NCBI RefSeq assembly: GCF_009914755.1
Contig: NC_060928.1
Length of the DNA stretch: 64,000 nucleotides
Reading direction: 5' to 3' (one strand)
Origin: the human T2T-CHM13v2.0 reference genome, Homo sapiens
Part shown: positions 37,642 to 53,375 of the stretch, piece by piece
Position numbering within the stretch: the first letter of the stretch is position 1
Layout: the number at the start of each line of letters is the position of its first letter
Position numbers and translations under genes: made by a program
The notes under the pieces: generated by a model
Told to the model about the DNA's origin: nothing
What the model saw: only the letters and a program-made list of their open reading frames with translations
Database searches by the model: none

Positions 37642-40089
37642 TCTATAAGTAGCGGGTAACTAGAAGAGGAGGTGAGCAGTAGACAGTGGCCAAGTGAAAG
37701 ACGAAATAGAGCAATGAGGCCTAGGAGATGATTTCAGTGGATGCAAAGATAGTTACAAATCCCAGATATTTTGCATTTTAATACACAGATAGCATTCTTT
37801 TATTGAACTTAATGGAAGGAAAGTTACTTGTTATTTTAAGTTAAGATGGAAATTGTGTTCAGTCACAAATAATCTCAGAAAGCATTTTAATTCTCTGTAA
37901 GCATCTTGGCTGCTTATTGGATTGTTTTGTTTTTCCTTTAGCTTAAACCTAATGAGATAAGAAAGCCACTAAGAAAGGATTAGTGATCCCTGACCTGTTC
38001 CTCTAAGATGCTTTTACCACTAGTATTATGAATCAACTGAGCTGACTTAAGTAAAATAAACGACATCCTTTACTTTGTTTAATCTGGCAGTCAGAGACAC
38101 TGAGGTCTTTTTTAATGTTCCTGCCAAAGGTTCCATTGAGTTCATCGCAAATCCTTTCTCCTCTGGAAGGGGGTCATGGCCTCCTTTTCTAGTTGTCTGC
38201 CTGTTACCAAGAGCAATTCCGGGAGAAAGTGAGGAGACTGACTCAAGAGGCCATATATAAAATTACCCACAAGTACAGTAGAGCCTCAGTTAATCAGAAT
38301 GTTGTTACAACAGAGGCTTCCAAGGTAAAAGATTTTCTTGTTAACAAAAGATTAATTCTATATGTTTTTGGTTCAACCTTTGTTTAAAATCATGAGGCAA
38401 AGATAATTTCCATTCATGTCTACAACTGTCCTTTGAGAAGCAGCATCTACAGTTTCACCCAGAGTGGATACTCAAAGCAAAATAGAACAAGACAGTAAGC
38501 CATTATTGAACCAGACTTCTCTCTTCACATATTCAATCTAGTGAATAACCTTTAATTTTACAGTAGAAAGAGAAATTCTAGTCTCTCTCCTCTCTATATC
38601 TTCACAAGTAACTTCTGCTAAATATTTTTGTGACTAGAGAAATAATACATCTTTATTATTGAACAGTTAAAAAATAAAGCAAAATTAAGAAATTTAAAAT
38701 ACCCGTATTCTCACTAGAAAAGATAAATATTTTAAACTAAATACCTTATTTTACTTTAGTAAAATACTTAAAGTAAAATACTTTAAGGTATTTAGTTTTT
38801 TTAAGGCATTCATTTGCTGCTTTTTTGTGCATATATATATGCACAAAAAATATGTTTGTGTGTGTGCATATATACATATATATATCTTTAGGGCCATGTA
38901 TTTAAGCAGAATACATATATGCATAAATCTGAGTACAAACAGCCAAATCTATATGCATACATATATAGTTTATGGCATAAAGCTTATGTCCATATACAAC
39001 TTTTGCTTAGGACTGCAAGTTTTAGCCAGCAGGCTTTTACATGGATTACTGATTAGAAATAGCTCACCAACAACCTTTTATCAAACAACGTTTCATTAAA
39101 CATAATTTATCCATTCACTCATTTACTTCTTTATTCAACAGTGATTGACTCACTGCTCTGTCTAAAACTCTGTGGTCAGCATCATTGGAAATATACATAT
39201 GCAAAGTGCACACTTCCAAATGCCAAACAGTTTATGAAGCAGTTCCTAGGCTTACGAAAGAGCCAGTTCTGTCTTTTGCACACCGTCTTCAAGCAGTGTC
39301 TGTTCAGTCTACTTAACTCCCTTGCTGACAAGCCTTATGACCCTTCAGAATAGGATAAAAATTCTCATGTACCAAGAAAAGATAATAAAAAATCTTCAAC
39401 CTCCACTCTGCGGCCCAGATGCTTCTGGTGCTCTTTAAAGAATGTTTTGCAACCATGCAAATAAGGAATGTCTCTAGAGCAAGCTTTTCCCTTAACATGC
39501 CTTTTTTTTAGGACTCCAGTTGCAAGATGGCTGTATATGTAAGAAAAGAATTCAGTAGCTGGATAAGCTCTTGGGCCACCCAGCATCTCATACCCTTTGG
39601 GAGAAGAGAAAAGTGTTCATTCTTTAGTTGATATTCACATGGCCTGTGGAGCCTTGGGTTCAATGAAATTACTAGTCATTCTATTTTTATTTTTAATGCC
39701 AGAGACAGAATCAAACATAACACTGACTTTTGTACAGTACTGTCATGATTAATTTACTAGTGTTCTAATTGACATAAACTATTTTTTAAGGCTATTAGGT
39801 TGTGCTATATCTGTTCAGTAAAATCTTTTTTGAAATGAAAATACCAGATTTCAATTTGAACCATTTTTTTTAAAAATTTTTATTTGTTTAGGTTTAGAAA
39901 TTTGGTTCAATTTGGTTAATTTAGATTATTTGGGGGCTTATAAATTGTGTTGTTTCAATCTGATTTCTGGTTTATTTCTTAAATAGATATAACCTGATGA
40001 TCACTTTAACCTGATTTGTCTTTAGAAACAATGTCATACTAAAGACAGAATTTGTCTAGTGAATTCTATAGTAAGAGTGGTAAGACTTA

Positions 40090-40490
40090 CCATTCATTCA
40101 TTTATTAATTCATTTATTCAATGACTACTTCATGTGTGTTTATAAGGCACCAGGTTCTGTGTTGGATGCTGGATGTTAGACTAATTGAATAAGATTCAAA
40201 GATTATATAGGACAAAATATTTTTAATGTGTTATGCCTGTGATGCCAAGAGAGTATAAAATGTAGGTATGTTATAAAGTCTATGGTTTCTGGGACTATTT
40301 TTTGAAGAGAATAGGATATATAAAGTATTGAGAATGAACTAAAATGCCATATTTGGGAGACATGGAGTAATATACTATAGTCGATGTTAATAGTGGGCAG
40401 GTTGAAGTCATGAAAGAGTGTTAGGAAGGGACCAGATCATTAAGGGTCTTATTTGTAAGTCACCATATAAAAGTTCTATAGCAACTATGA
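40090..40490 (-). mobile_element. L2 fragment
   Basis: cattcattcatttattaattcatttattcaa...caggttctgtgttggatgctgg...ggggaccagatcattaagggtctt. Confidence 0.6.
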
Positions 40491-40755
40491 AGAACTTCTT
40501 TCAAACATTTTCATATTCAGAATTTTGGTTGTCCTAAGAACTTTTATAAACAAATATGATAGGGTAGTAATAATTAACAACAATATGCTTCAAATTATGT
40601 TTTCCCTATATTTTTTCTCATGCTATGCACTCATCCTGGAATGACTTGGTCTTTGATTTCTATGTGAAAAGTTTTTGCTTATAAAAAAATTATTAATTTG
40701 AAGGTCATTGTTTTAAGAAACCTGTTTTTTTTTTTTTTAAAGAAAAAAACCTCCT

Positions 40756-41118
40756 TGATATGGTTTGACTGTGTTTCCACCTAAATCTCATCTTGAATTG
40801 TAGTTCCTATAATCCCCATGTGTCATGGGAGGGACCCAGTGGGAGGTAATTGAATCACGGGGGCGGTTACCTCCATGCTGTTCCTGTGATAGTGAGTGAG
40901 TTCTCAAAAGATCTGATGGTTTTATAAAGGTCAGTACCCTTGTACATGCTCTCTTGCCTGCCACCATGTAAGACGTGTCTGTGCTCCTCTTTTGCCTTCC
41001 GCCGTGATCTGAGGCCTCCCCAGCCATGTGGAACTGTGAGCCCATTAAACCTCTTTTTCTTTATAAATTATTCAGTCCTAGGTATTTCTTAATAGCAATA
41101 TAAAAATGGTGTAATACA
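40756..41118 (+). mobile_element. THE1 (B/C-type) solo LTR
   Basis: tgatatggtttgactgtgtttccacctaaatctcatcttgaattgtag...taataca; perfect 5-bp TSD ctcct. Confidence 0.93.
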
Positions 41119-41459
41119 CTCCTATTCCCTCAGGCAGCCTCACTCCTTCTTTAGGTCCTTTAATACCACATTAAAACCCAATTCGTTGCAATTATACTGA
41201 CATTGCATCTGTCACACTTCTTCATTTGTCTATGAGATTTATGTGAAAGTGATTGTGACTAACTCATCTTTAAATGCCTTGTGTCTAGCTTATGGGGAAA
41301 AAAAATGACACAGAGAGTCAATCTGTGCTTACTGAAAGAATGAATATGCCATAAGCCTTTCTAAAGAAATATTAGGTCCCTAATCAATACTGTTTCACCT
41401 CCTTTCTCGTTTGGCATCAAAAACAACTTCAATTGGATGATTTTAAAATAAATCATATG

Positions 41460-43200
41460 TCTTGTTTTCATACAGTTATTAAATAACACGTGTATTTTGT
41501 CAAAAGTTTTAAAAACTCTAAAGAGCAAAGAAAAGTGAAAACATACTAGGGTCTTACCACCTAGAGATAACCAATGGTAATATTTCAGAATATCTGCTTA
41601 CAAGTTTTTCAACTGCTAGTATAAAAAGATAGGTTTTTAAAATTTATTTTGTACTGTACACATTGTTTTGAAATCAGTTTAATTAAACTCAGTATATCAT
41701 GAAAATGTCCAGTTTATTAAAATTTTCTCTTGTTTAATTTTTAAATGACTGATATTCCATCATCTTGGTTTGTCATAATGTATTAGTTATTTTCCTTTTT
41801 AAAATATCTATATTTTCTTTTGTCTTTAAAGAGATTTGCTTTGTTGTAATAAATAATGTGAAGAAGATTCTTATGTCTATATCTTTGATTGCACCTATAA
41901 CTAATTTTTTAAATGAGAGTTATGTAGAAATGAAATTAATAGGTAAAAGGAATGCAAGAGTTGAAGCCTTTCATATGCTTTCAAATTGACAACTGGAAAT
42001 GTTAAATAACTTTTACTGCCATCAACAATGTCTGACAACATGAATTACCTTAAACTGCTGTATATTATTACCAGTCTATAAAACTGTCAATATCAGTAGT
42101 GAAATATGGCATATAATTTCTAAATTTGCATTTGTCTAATGATAGAGAAGTTTAGTAATTGTCATATTATTAAACAATTATTCATTTTCTAATTTATGTA
42201 TTATTATAACTTTGTAATTTGATTTGGCTCTGTGTTCCCATCCAAATCTCACCTTGAATTGTAATAATCCCCAGGTGTCAAAGGTGGGGCCAGGTGGAGA
42301 AAACTGAATCATGGGGGTGATTTCCCCCATGCTGTTCTATTGATAGTGAGTGAAATCTCATGGTTTTATAAGGGGCTTCTCACTGTGCTCCACTGTCATT
42401 CTCTCTTCTGTCCCTCTGTGAAGAGGTGCCTTCCATCATGATTGTAAGTTTCCTGAGGCCTCCCCAGCCATGTGGAACTCAGTCAGTTAAACCTCTTTTC
42501 TCTATAAATTACCCTGTCTCAGGTATTTCTTCATAGCCGCATCAGAATGGGCTAATATATTGTGTAATTAATTTGCAAATTTGCAAATATTTTCTATCAA
42601 ATATTTATTTGCCGTAATTTCTATTTCTTAAGAAGCTTGTAATATATTGCAAGCATATTCCTCTACTTACATTCTAATTTTGAGGTATTGACTACAAGTC
42701 ACAAAACAGTCAAATACTAGTAATGACAATGAGTATCCTTTTATCCTTGAGTATGACAATAATATGAGTATCTTTATAGCATGACATAATTACCTTAGTT
42801 TTCAAGATTTTAAATTGATTATCTTCTTTTGAATGAGGAAATATATTTTTTTCTTATTTTACTAAATTTTATATTATTGAGGAATGGATGATATGCTTCA
42901 TCAAATATTTTATGCATTCAACTAGATGTATTTTTTTTTCTTGTAACTGAAGTCATGAATTACAGGGATTAATTCCTTAAAATTGAGCACTTTGTACATC
43001 AGGATAATTTTCTACATTTTTATTGTTTTCTTATTATTTCAAGGAAGTGAAGGACTCAATTAACTTGTATTTGTATTTAAAATAATAAATGAGTTTGCTC
43101 ACTAGTTTTCTTTTATTAAGATTACTTTGTCATGTTTTGACTTCAGGGCTGATTGAATAGTTTGTATGGTTTTAACTAAGTTAGTAATTCATAGGTTAGT
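41460..43200 (-). mobile_element. Old L1ME/L1MC fragment interrupted by THE1
   Basis: T-rich; tcttaccacctagagataaccaatggtaatattt 3'-end motif; later aatactagtaatgacaatgagtatcctt ORF2-like remnants. Confidence 0.55.
42215..42559 (+). mobile_element. THE1C-like solo LTR
   Basis: gatttggctctgtgttcccatccaaatctcaccttgaattgtaataatcccc...cctgaggcctccccagccatgtggaact...gctaatata. Confidence 0.88.
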
Positions 43201-43229
43201 TAAAAGTATTCCTTTTTAGAAATAGAACC

Positions 43230-43530
43230 ATCAGCTATAGTTACTACCATCTTATTTCAAGGCACTATCACATTTGCCTGTATGATTTCAGTAGTCTCCC
43301 TACCAGTGTCCTTGCATTCACTCTGGTGAGCCCACATTCTCTTTTCCACACAGCGGCCAGTGACCCTTTCAAAACAGAAATCGAATCATGTCAGTCTTTT
43401 GTTTAAAATCCTCCAAAGGCATGTCATCTCACTCAGAGTAAAAGCCAAAACATTTTTATCATGAATTCATACTCTACAACTTGTACTGTATGGAAAAGTA
43501 CTGGTCACTAATCAATTTACTGAATACACA
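43230..43530 (+). mobile_element. L2a fragment
   Basis: ttccacacagcggccagtgaccctttcaaaac...atcatgtca...aaaatcctccaaaggc...ctcagagtaaaagccaaa. Confidence 0.75.
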
Positions 43531-44987
43531 AATAAAGTAGGAATGCAACATGATTAGGAGGGTGTATATACCGCTTCTCACAGTATTACCCTTTGTTCTC
43601 CAAATCCAGATAGCACTTACTCGCTCCCTCTAGATTCTCAGTATTTCTATTCAGAGTCATCTGAATGTTACAGGAATGGGGATGGTGATGTCATTGTAGG
43701 AAATGTAATAGGGCTTGGTATATAATAAAATGGAACATCAGAATAATAAAATATTATGAATAGACACATATTTTATGCATATCTGTATGTATTTATGTGT
43801 GTATATATATGATTTTATGTGCATATAAGTTTTTTTAAACCTACATAAATCATAAAATATGAAGTATGGGTATTTATTCTGCAGTAATATAAACTTGAAA
43901 ATATTTTGCTTGATAAAAACTCAACCCAAATGATGTCATGCTCGAAATTCCATAGAATGTCTTACTTCCATTATATTTGTTTCTCTCTCCAGCTGCATTA
44001 TTTTTATGTAGTGATTCCTCTATAATTATTCTCTTCATATGACTGTAAATCTCACCCATGTCAAATACAACTTAGACTTTAAAAATATTTTGCTTTCTGA
44101 ATATATTTGGAAAAACATAAGATATTAAAGTGTTGTTTCAGGTATCTCTTCATTTCTTTATGCCTAAAGAGAATGTTAAAATGTACTCAGCAATTCTTAT
44201 TAAAATTGTTTCCCTCAGATTATAAAATGAAAGATTGAAACCATAGACGTTTAAAAAATGCTTGTTTTCTTGGCAGGTTTTAAATAGTAAGTTGCCTGAA
44301 CACTATAATATTCAAAATCTTTGCTTTTGTCTTGGAAGTTGCCTTAGAGAAAATGTTTAATTTTGAATTTTCATTTATATTTTTAATATTGCTTGGTAAC
44401 ACTACAAAATAAGGTCTCCCAAATCTGTTCCACTACAAATTATACACAGTACATAGATTTATAGACCTGGTAAAAAAATTGTAAAATGTTTATTGCATGA
44501 ACAATTTAGGGGAATATAGATAATATATTTGGGTAATTTAGTTCCTAAACTCCGTAAGAGTGAAGCAAAAATAGGCTCTTTTTAAGCACATTTTCAAGAC
44601 AGTAGCATCCAAGTAAATGGCTTAAATACATGCCATGTCTAAATATGTTTTATTTCTATACTGAAAAAAATGACCAATTGTTTTTCTATTATTTTATTTA
44701 TATTTATTTCCTTTTCTGAAAAATATATAGGAGAATTTAGAGGCAGTGGGATGTCTTCCTAATGGAATGGAAGGAAGAAGGAGAGGATGGCAGTGAGGAA
44801 GAAACAAACTATTTCTCAAAGAATTAGGTCCTTAGTTTTTAATAAACATTTTTCAAGGATATATTATGGTCAAAGCGAGTTACAATTTACTAAGGAAAAT
44901 ATACAGATAAACAACAACAGACTAATAAATTGCCTTAATGGATCTAGAGATAAGTGCAGGAACAAAAACAAAAAGAGCACTGACATC

Positions 44988-45255
44988 TTTTTTTTAAGTT
45001 TTAAATTATGTTTTAAAATTTTTGTTGGTACATAGTAGGTGTATATATTTACCGAGCACATGAGATGTTTTGATACAGGCATGCAATGTAAAATAAGCAC
45101 ATCAAAGAGAATGAGGTATCCATCCTCTCAAGCATTGATGGAGGGAATGGATACCCCATTCTCCATGACTGAGTTGCAAACAATCCAATCACACTCTTTT
45201 AAGTTATTTTAAAATACACAATTAAGTTCTCATTGACTATAGTCACCCTACTGCC
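44988..45255 (-). mobile_element. L1MA1/2-like 3' end
   Basis: ggtacatagtaggtgtatatattt...tgagatgttttgatacaggcatgcaatg...caatccaatcacactctttt...ttgactatagtcaccct. Confidence 0.85.
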
Positions 45256-46235
45256 TTGTCACACATACGCTGCTTTAACATCCGGTGCGTTTAGCTACAG
45301 AAAGTAGAAGAGGAGGCTGCTGTTTAGATTTTAGCCTATTTGTGTAAGATCGTGAGGTCTTACTCAATACATGTTGAATAAATAATCCCAAGAATGATCA
45401 TTAAATAAGTTATGGCTACTTAACTGTGTTGCATTATGATGGTAGAGTCTATGAACTTTAAATCCATCACTCCTGTCCCTTCAATATTTGTTTTTAGCAA
45501 TAATTTATTCTGAGTATAGTTTAGAAAGGATACTACTTTTCCATGTAGCAAAAAGTTCATTGTATTGAGAAGGATTTTCTAGGTTCTTGTCTTGGATTTA
45601 TAAATAGCACTTGGACTTCAACAAATCTCCTAATATTTTACAGCTATCATTTTCTTATTTGACAAATAAAGGTTTGCATGGCTTTTTTTAGGACACTGTA
45701 GCATTCAGTATTTCTCTGAGTTAAACACAAAATAATGCAACATTATTCTTAGAATGCTTTCAAATACTCCTAATTATTAATATAATTTTCAGCCCTGGTA
45801 TTTAAACTCATTTTTATTATAACTCTCATAAGCATGTTCACAAATAAATATTAAAGGAAAATGTTTCCCTTTTTTAAAAAAATATAGACCTAACCCTAAT
45901 CTATCATGAATCAGGGCAGTTACTTAAATTTATGTCAGGTAATGATATTGTAGATACTCCTGATTCTGTAGGAAATTGTATACCCTGTTTACAATGTCCT
46001 GGTGAGAAGGGATTGGTATCATTGCACCATTCTCTGTGGCTTCTCCTGTTTTGGAAATGAGTTTGGTAACCTAACAATGCATATTTCCTTGATTTCCAGG
46101 ACAAAATATGTACAATTTTCCCTCTGTCATTAGAGTAGGTGTTCATGGTATGAAACTGATGAATGTGTGGCCTATCAATGAACCTCATGAAAGGTTTCCA
46201 ACTTGAAATAATTTCCTAAGCTTAGAAGGCAGTTT

Positions 46236-46579
<344 letters not shown>

Positions 46580-47109
46580 AGGCAGTTTAAGTAAAAAGGA
46601 AAAAGATACATATATATAATATTATATATAAATATATATTTACAACACACCATAAGAATGTAATAGAACAAATGCATAGTGTAATTAAAATCACACCACT
46701 GAATCACCAATTTAAATAAAGCATCTCTGCAGTTAAATTGTCATATTTTTGCATTCAGTTTTTGTTGGAGAGACAATAATTCATTTTAAAAAGGCTAAAT
46801 TGAACAGCTAATTTATTAATGAGCATTAATTTTTTGGAGACAGAGCAATATATTGTATGTTTTTTATTTTGCAGATCAGTAATGAAACGTTTCAATTACC
46901 TTCAGTTCAGTATCATAACATGTTTTAAATTCTTTAGAAATGACTCTGTCTTCTAAAGAGGAAAAATGATTCCAAACATGTTTACTTCTCAATTCTCATT
47001 TTTTCAGTCAATGTGTGCAGAGTTGTAGGTACTCTGGGATCCAAAGGTTTTTTTGCGAATTTGATGCTTTACTTTTGAAATTTTGATAACTGTCAGCACC
47101 GGTAATGGT

Positions 47110-47640
<531 letters not shown>

Positions 47641-47714
47641 TTAGGTATTTTATTAAGCACTATGCTAGAAGCCCGGGATACAATGGAGAGCAAAATAGTT
47701 ATTTTTCTCTTTTT

Positions 47715-49210
<1,496 letters not shown>

Positions 49211-49524
49211 AAGAGAAGCACTTCTAAAGAATTCTTGCAGAAGGAGATAGGGAGGAGAGAGAGAGAGAGGGGAGAGCTAGAACTATAATGAAATACAGTA
49301 TGTCTGTATTTCACAAGGTAAAACATGTTTATAGTCCTACAGCTTACTACTGTGATTGTTCTTATTTCAACATTATTGTGCTATTTCAGATATAGCAAGT
49401 CTTTTTAGAATGACTTAGAAACTGGAAACAAATTGACTTGATGCTATTTGCCTCTGGGAAAGTGGGGAACATTACTTCCACATTAACAATATCTTTTTAA
49501 GGTAAGTAATAAAAGTTAAATTAG

Positions 49525-49543
49525 TGAACACTAGATGGCGGCA
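49525..49543 (+). promoter_or_regulatory. Candidate CTCF binding site
   Basis: tgaACACTAGATGGCGGCA vs core consensus CCASYAGRKGGCRS; only the first core base differs; CpG retained in otherwise CpG-poor DNA. Confidence 0.55.
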
Positions 49544-49974
49544 TTTAAGAAAAATTAAATCAGAGTAAGTTACTGCGCCACATTAAAAAAAAAAATCAGA
49601 TGTCTCTCACAACAATGACTTGTTTTTCTCATTTATTTGTTTGTTTTGTTCACTATTTGAAATAAGATTTTAGAAGTCTGGAGAAAATATTAAATAGGTG
49701 GGAAGGTACTAAAATGTATTTTTCTTGTTTTACAGGTAGAACTCATTGAACACTTGACTCCTGAATGTTCAGACCTATGTTTGAGTTGTTCCGCTAATCC
49801 TAGGAGAGTGATTAAAGGTCGACATGTAGTATAAAAGGACCAATGTTTAGGTAGGTGTTTGCTAAGAGGAAACATTTTTGAAAGAAACTTGTTCTGAGTG
49901 TAATGCCAGGCATTTAGGCACCAATGATTCCAGAATTTTTTGTTTTTTAAACATACAATAATGGGTAGAATTAA

Positions 49975-50205
49975 TTGAGTGCTTAGGGAAGTCCCAAGTA
50001 CAGGGATAAAAACTTTACATATATCACCTCACTATATCTTTCTACAGTCTAATAAGGTAGGTATATTTTTGGTCCTGTTTTGTAGATGAGGATTTGGAAT
50101 TTTAGGTTTACGAACTTGTGAAAGCTTATACCATTTTAAATGAGAGTTGAGTTTCAAATATCAAGTCCACATTATTTTGAGTCTAGACTGAGATTTTAAC
50201 CATTC
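49975..50205 (-). mobile_element. MIR
   Basis: ttgagtgctta...aactttacatatatcacctca...aggtaggtatatttttggtcctgttttgtagatgagg. Confidence 0.7.
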
Positions 50206-50673
50206 CACAGATTTTCACAGACCTCAGATTTACAGATTCCTGTAAAATGCACAATTTTGAAACATAGGTATAGCATCAAGCTAAAGTTAAATGTGACTTT
50301 GAAATGGGTTGAACTGCAGAGAGGTACCAAATTCCTTACAAACAAACAAACAAACAAAAAAGTAAACTTTTGGACTCATGATCCACAGAAAATATTTGAC
50401 TCTTTTGATTTTGTTATATCAGAAAATTCAATTAAAATTAATTTTATTTGTAGTTATCTTAATTGTTGTTTTGGATAAACTCAGATATTCATGTAAATTA
50501 ATCTCTAAAATACTACAGAAAAAAATTATATATTTTGTCCTTAAAAGTAAACAATTGATGAGATTCAAATAAAAGGAAATAATCAAATTACTCTTTTTAA
50601 TATAGATACAAGTCACACGGCGTAGACGTTTGTTACGTTAAATTACAATATCAATCTGTTGGACCACTTAAAA

Positions 50674-51465
50674 ATATATAATGTCTATAATATAGACATT
50701 ATATATAATGTATATAGTATGTATTATATATAGTATATAATATATTATATATAATGTATATAATATATTATATATAATGTATATGATATATTATATATAA
50801 TGTATATATTATATATAATGTATATTATATATAAAATATTATATTTATATATAATATATACATTATATATAATATATAATGTATACATTATACATTATAT
50901 ATAATATATAATGTATACATTATATATAATATATAATGTATACATTATATATTATATATAATGTATAATGTATACATTATATATTATATATAATATATAT
51001 TATATATATTACATATATGTAATATATATAATATATATTATATATTATATATATTACATATATGTAATATATATTATATATAATATATATTACATATATG
51101 TAATATATATAATATATATTATATATAATATATATTACATATATGTAATATATATTATATATATTATATATAATATATATTACATATATGTAATATATAT
51201 AATATATATTATATATAATATATATTACATATATGTAATATATATAATATATATTATATATAATATATATTACATATATGTAATATATATAATATATATT
51301 ACATATATGTAATATATATAATATATATTACATATATGTAATATATATTATATATATTACATATATGTAATATATATAATATATATTACATATATGTAAT
51401 ATATATAATATATATTACATATATGTAATATATATTATATATATATTATATATAATATATATATA
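50674..51465. repeat. AT-rich (TA)n-derived minisatellite of palindromic units
   Basis: ~790 bp almost entirely A/T; 12 copies of ttacatatatgtaa with 45/36/29-bp spacing; earlier aatgtatacatt units. Confidence 0.95.
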
Positions 51466-51716
<251 letters not shown>

Positions 51717-51719
51717 AAA

Positions 51720-52535
51720 TTTATTTTATCATAAGTTGATGTAGACAATGTGAAGAATATGGAAGACAAAAATGTTATTAAAATACACGTACTATTACCA
51801 CCCCATAAATAAGCTTTGTTCATATGTGGTATATTCTTTTTTAGTGTTTTCTTGATGTGTTAACTGTGAATGTAGAAAACACAGATGCACAGCTCCATAA
51901 ACACAAACACACACACATCAGATGCACACCCATATGTCTGAACATTGGAATAACTTGGAATATAAAACTTTAGGTACTGTTATCTTTTTTTAATTTAACA
52001 TTATTTTATATGCATGTCCCTTGGCCTGTAAATACTCTTTGAAAAACTACATAATGTGACATTGTATTCATTTAACAAAATGTATTTAAACTTTCCCATA
52101 TGGGTGTACACTCAAGTTATTTTCTGTTATTCATTGTAATAAATAATTGAAGTGAACAAATGTATATATAATTTTCAACTGTTTTTACTATTTCTTATTA
52201 TTTCTTTCAGACTGTTTCTTAGAGCTGAAAATTCTGGATTGAAGAGTACAAACATTTTAAAATTCTTATATACATGCCAAATAGATTTTCAGAAAATATG
52301 TACCTATTCTTATTTACACCGATATCTTATTAAACTGCTTGTCATTCTCAGCAAATTTTAGCATTTTTATTTTTAAAATCTTAATTAATTGGTGTATAAA
52401 AATAGTATCCCATTATTGTTTTAATCCCCACTTTGTTGATTACTAGTAAGCTTAAACAATTGTTTATGCCTGTATTTTTTATTTGTATTTCTTTTGTGCA
52501 TTGGCTGTTCATGTTCCTTTTAGGCAATTTTATTG
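51720..52535 (-). mobile_element. Old L1ME fragment
   Basis: ttttcttagagctgaaaattctggattgaagagtac-type segment; aaatagtatcccattattgttttaat...tttgtatttcttttgtgcattggctgttcatg. Confidence 0.6.
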
Positions 52536-53375
52536 AAATGAACATAAAAGCAGCATCAAAACAACGTGGTTGCCATATAACTACCAACCAGTTTGAAGCC
52601 AGCTTAACTCTTTTTGTTAGGAATATGAATAATGTACAAAGAATTCCGCAAAAGAAAAATGAAAAAAAAAGTACCTCGAGGGTAGAAAACTGATGCTAAT
52701 CATAGCATTGTTTTTTCATGAAAATAAGGCATGCTTTGAAGTATTTTTGCTACTTCCCTTCTATTCCCTTGGTTAAATGTTGTTTTCATAATGTTTACAC
52801 AGTTAACCTCGGTACTTTTAGTACTTATCTAGTCTTGATGCTTTCTCAAAAGCCCTCTCCTTATTTGATTCATGAACTTCGGCTTTCTTAAATTGATTTA
52901 TATTTCTGTCAAAAATGATTTCATAGTTTAATGCACTGTCCAAAATCCATTTCTTATGGCATGCCTATTGCTTTAGAAAAGTTCATTTTATGTGCATATA
53001 ATATATATTTCTGCAATCTTTGAGCAGTATTTTCCATTTCTGTAGCAGCAAGCTAGTGCTTTGAAAGATAATACTGTCCAGACGTGACCTAGTGGCAGAC
53101 TTTTCTAGCTTTCCAATATTGGGTACTGTGCATTTATATATAAAAGAGAAGTGGGCACACTCATGTGGATACATGTTATAAAGCAAAAACAAAATTCTAA
53201 GCTCCCCAGCTTACTAAATGGACTTTTCTTCTCAGCCACGGGGACGTCGACGAAACCTGAATAAGTAGTACCGGCCGTAATGGGAAGAGGGGAATTAGAC
53301 ATGCCTCACTATACTCTCCTTTCTTTAGAATTCAGGCACAACTAACCAGGATTAATATTAAAACAGAGATCTTAA

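Noticed and set aside
50968-51312. 114-aa Y/I-rich ORF
   Set aside because: Translation of the AT minisatellite.
51010-51430. Regularly spaced palindromic repeats resembling a CRISPR array
   Set aside because: The spacers are themselves repetitive (TA)-derived sequence, there are no cas genes, and the DNA is primate; it is a minisatellite.
53080-53100. Second CTCF-like motif (gtgacctagtggcag)
   Set aside because: Lacks the essential GGC/GCC half of the core.
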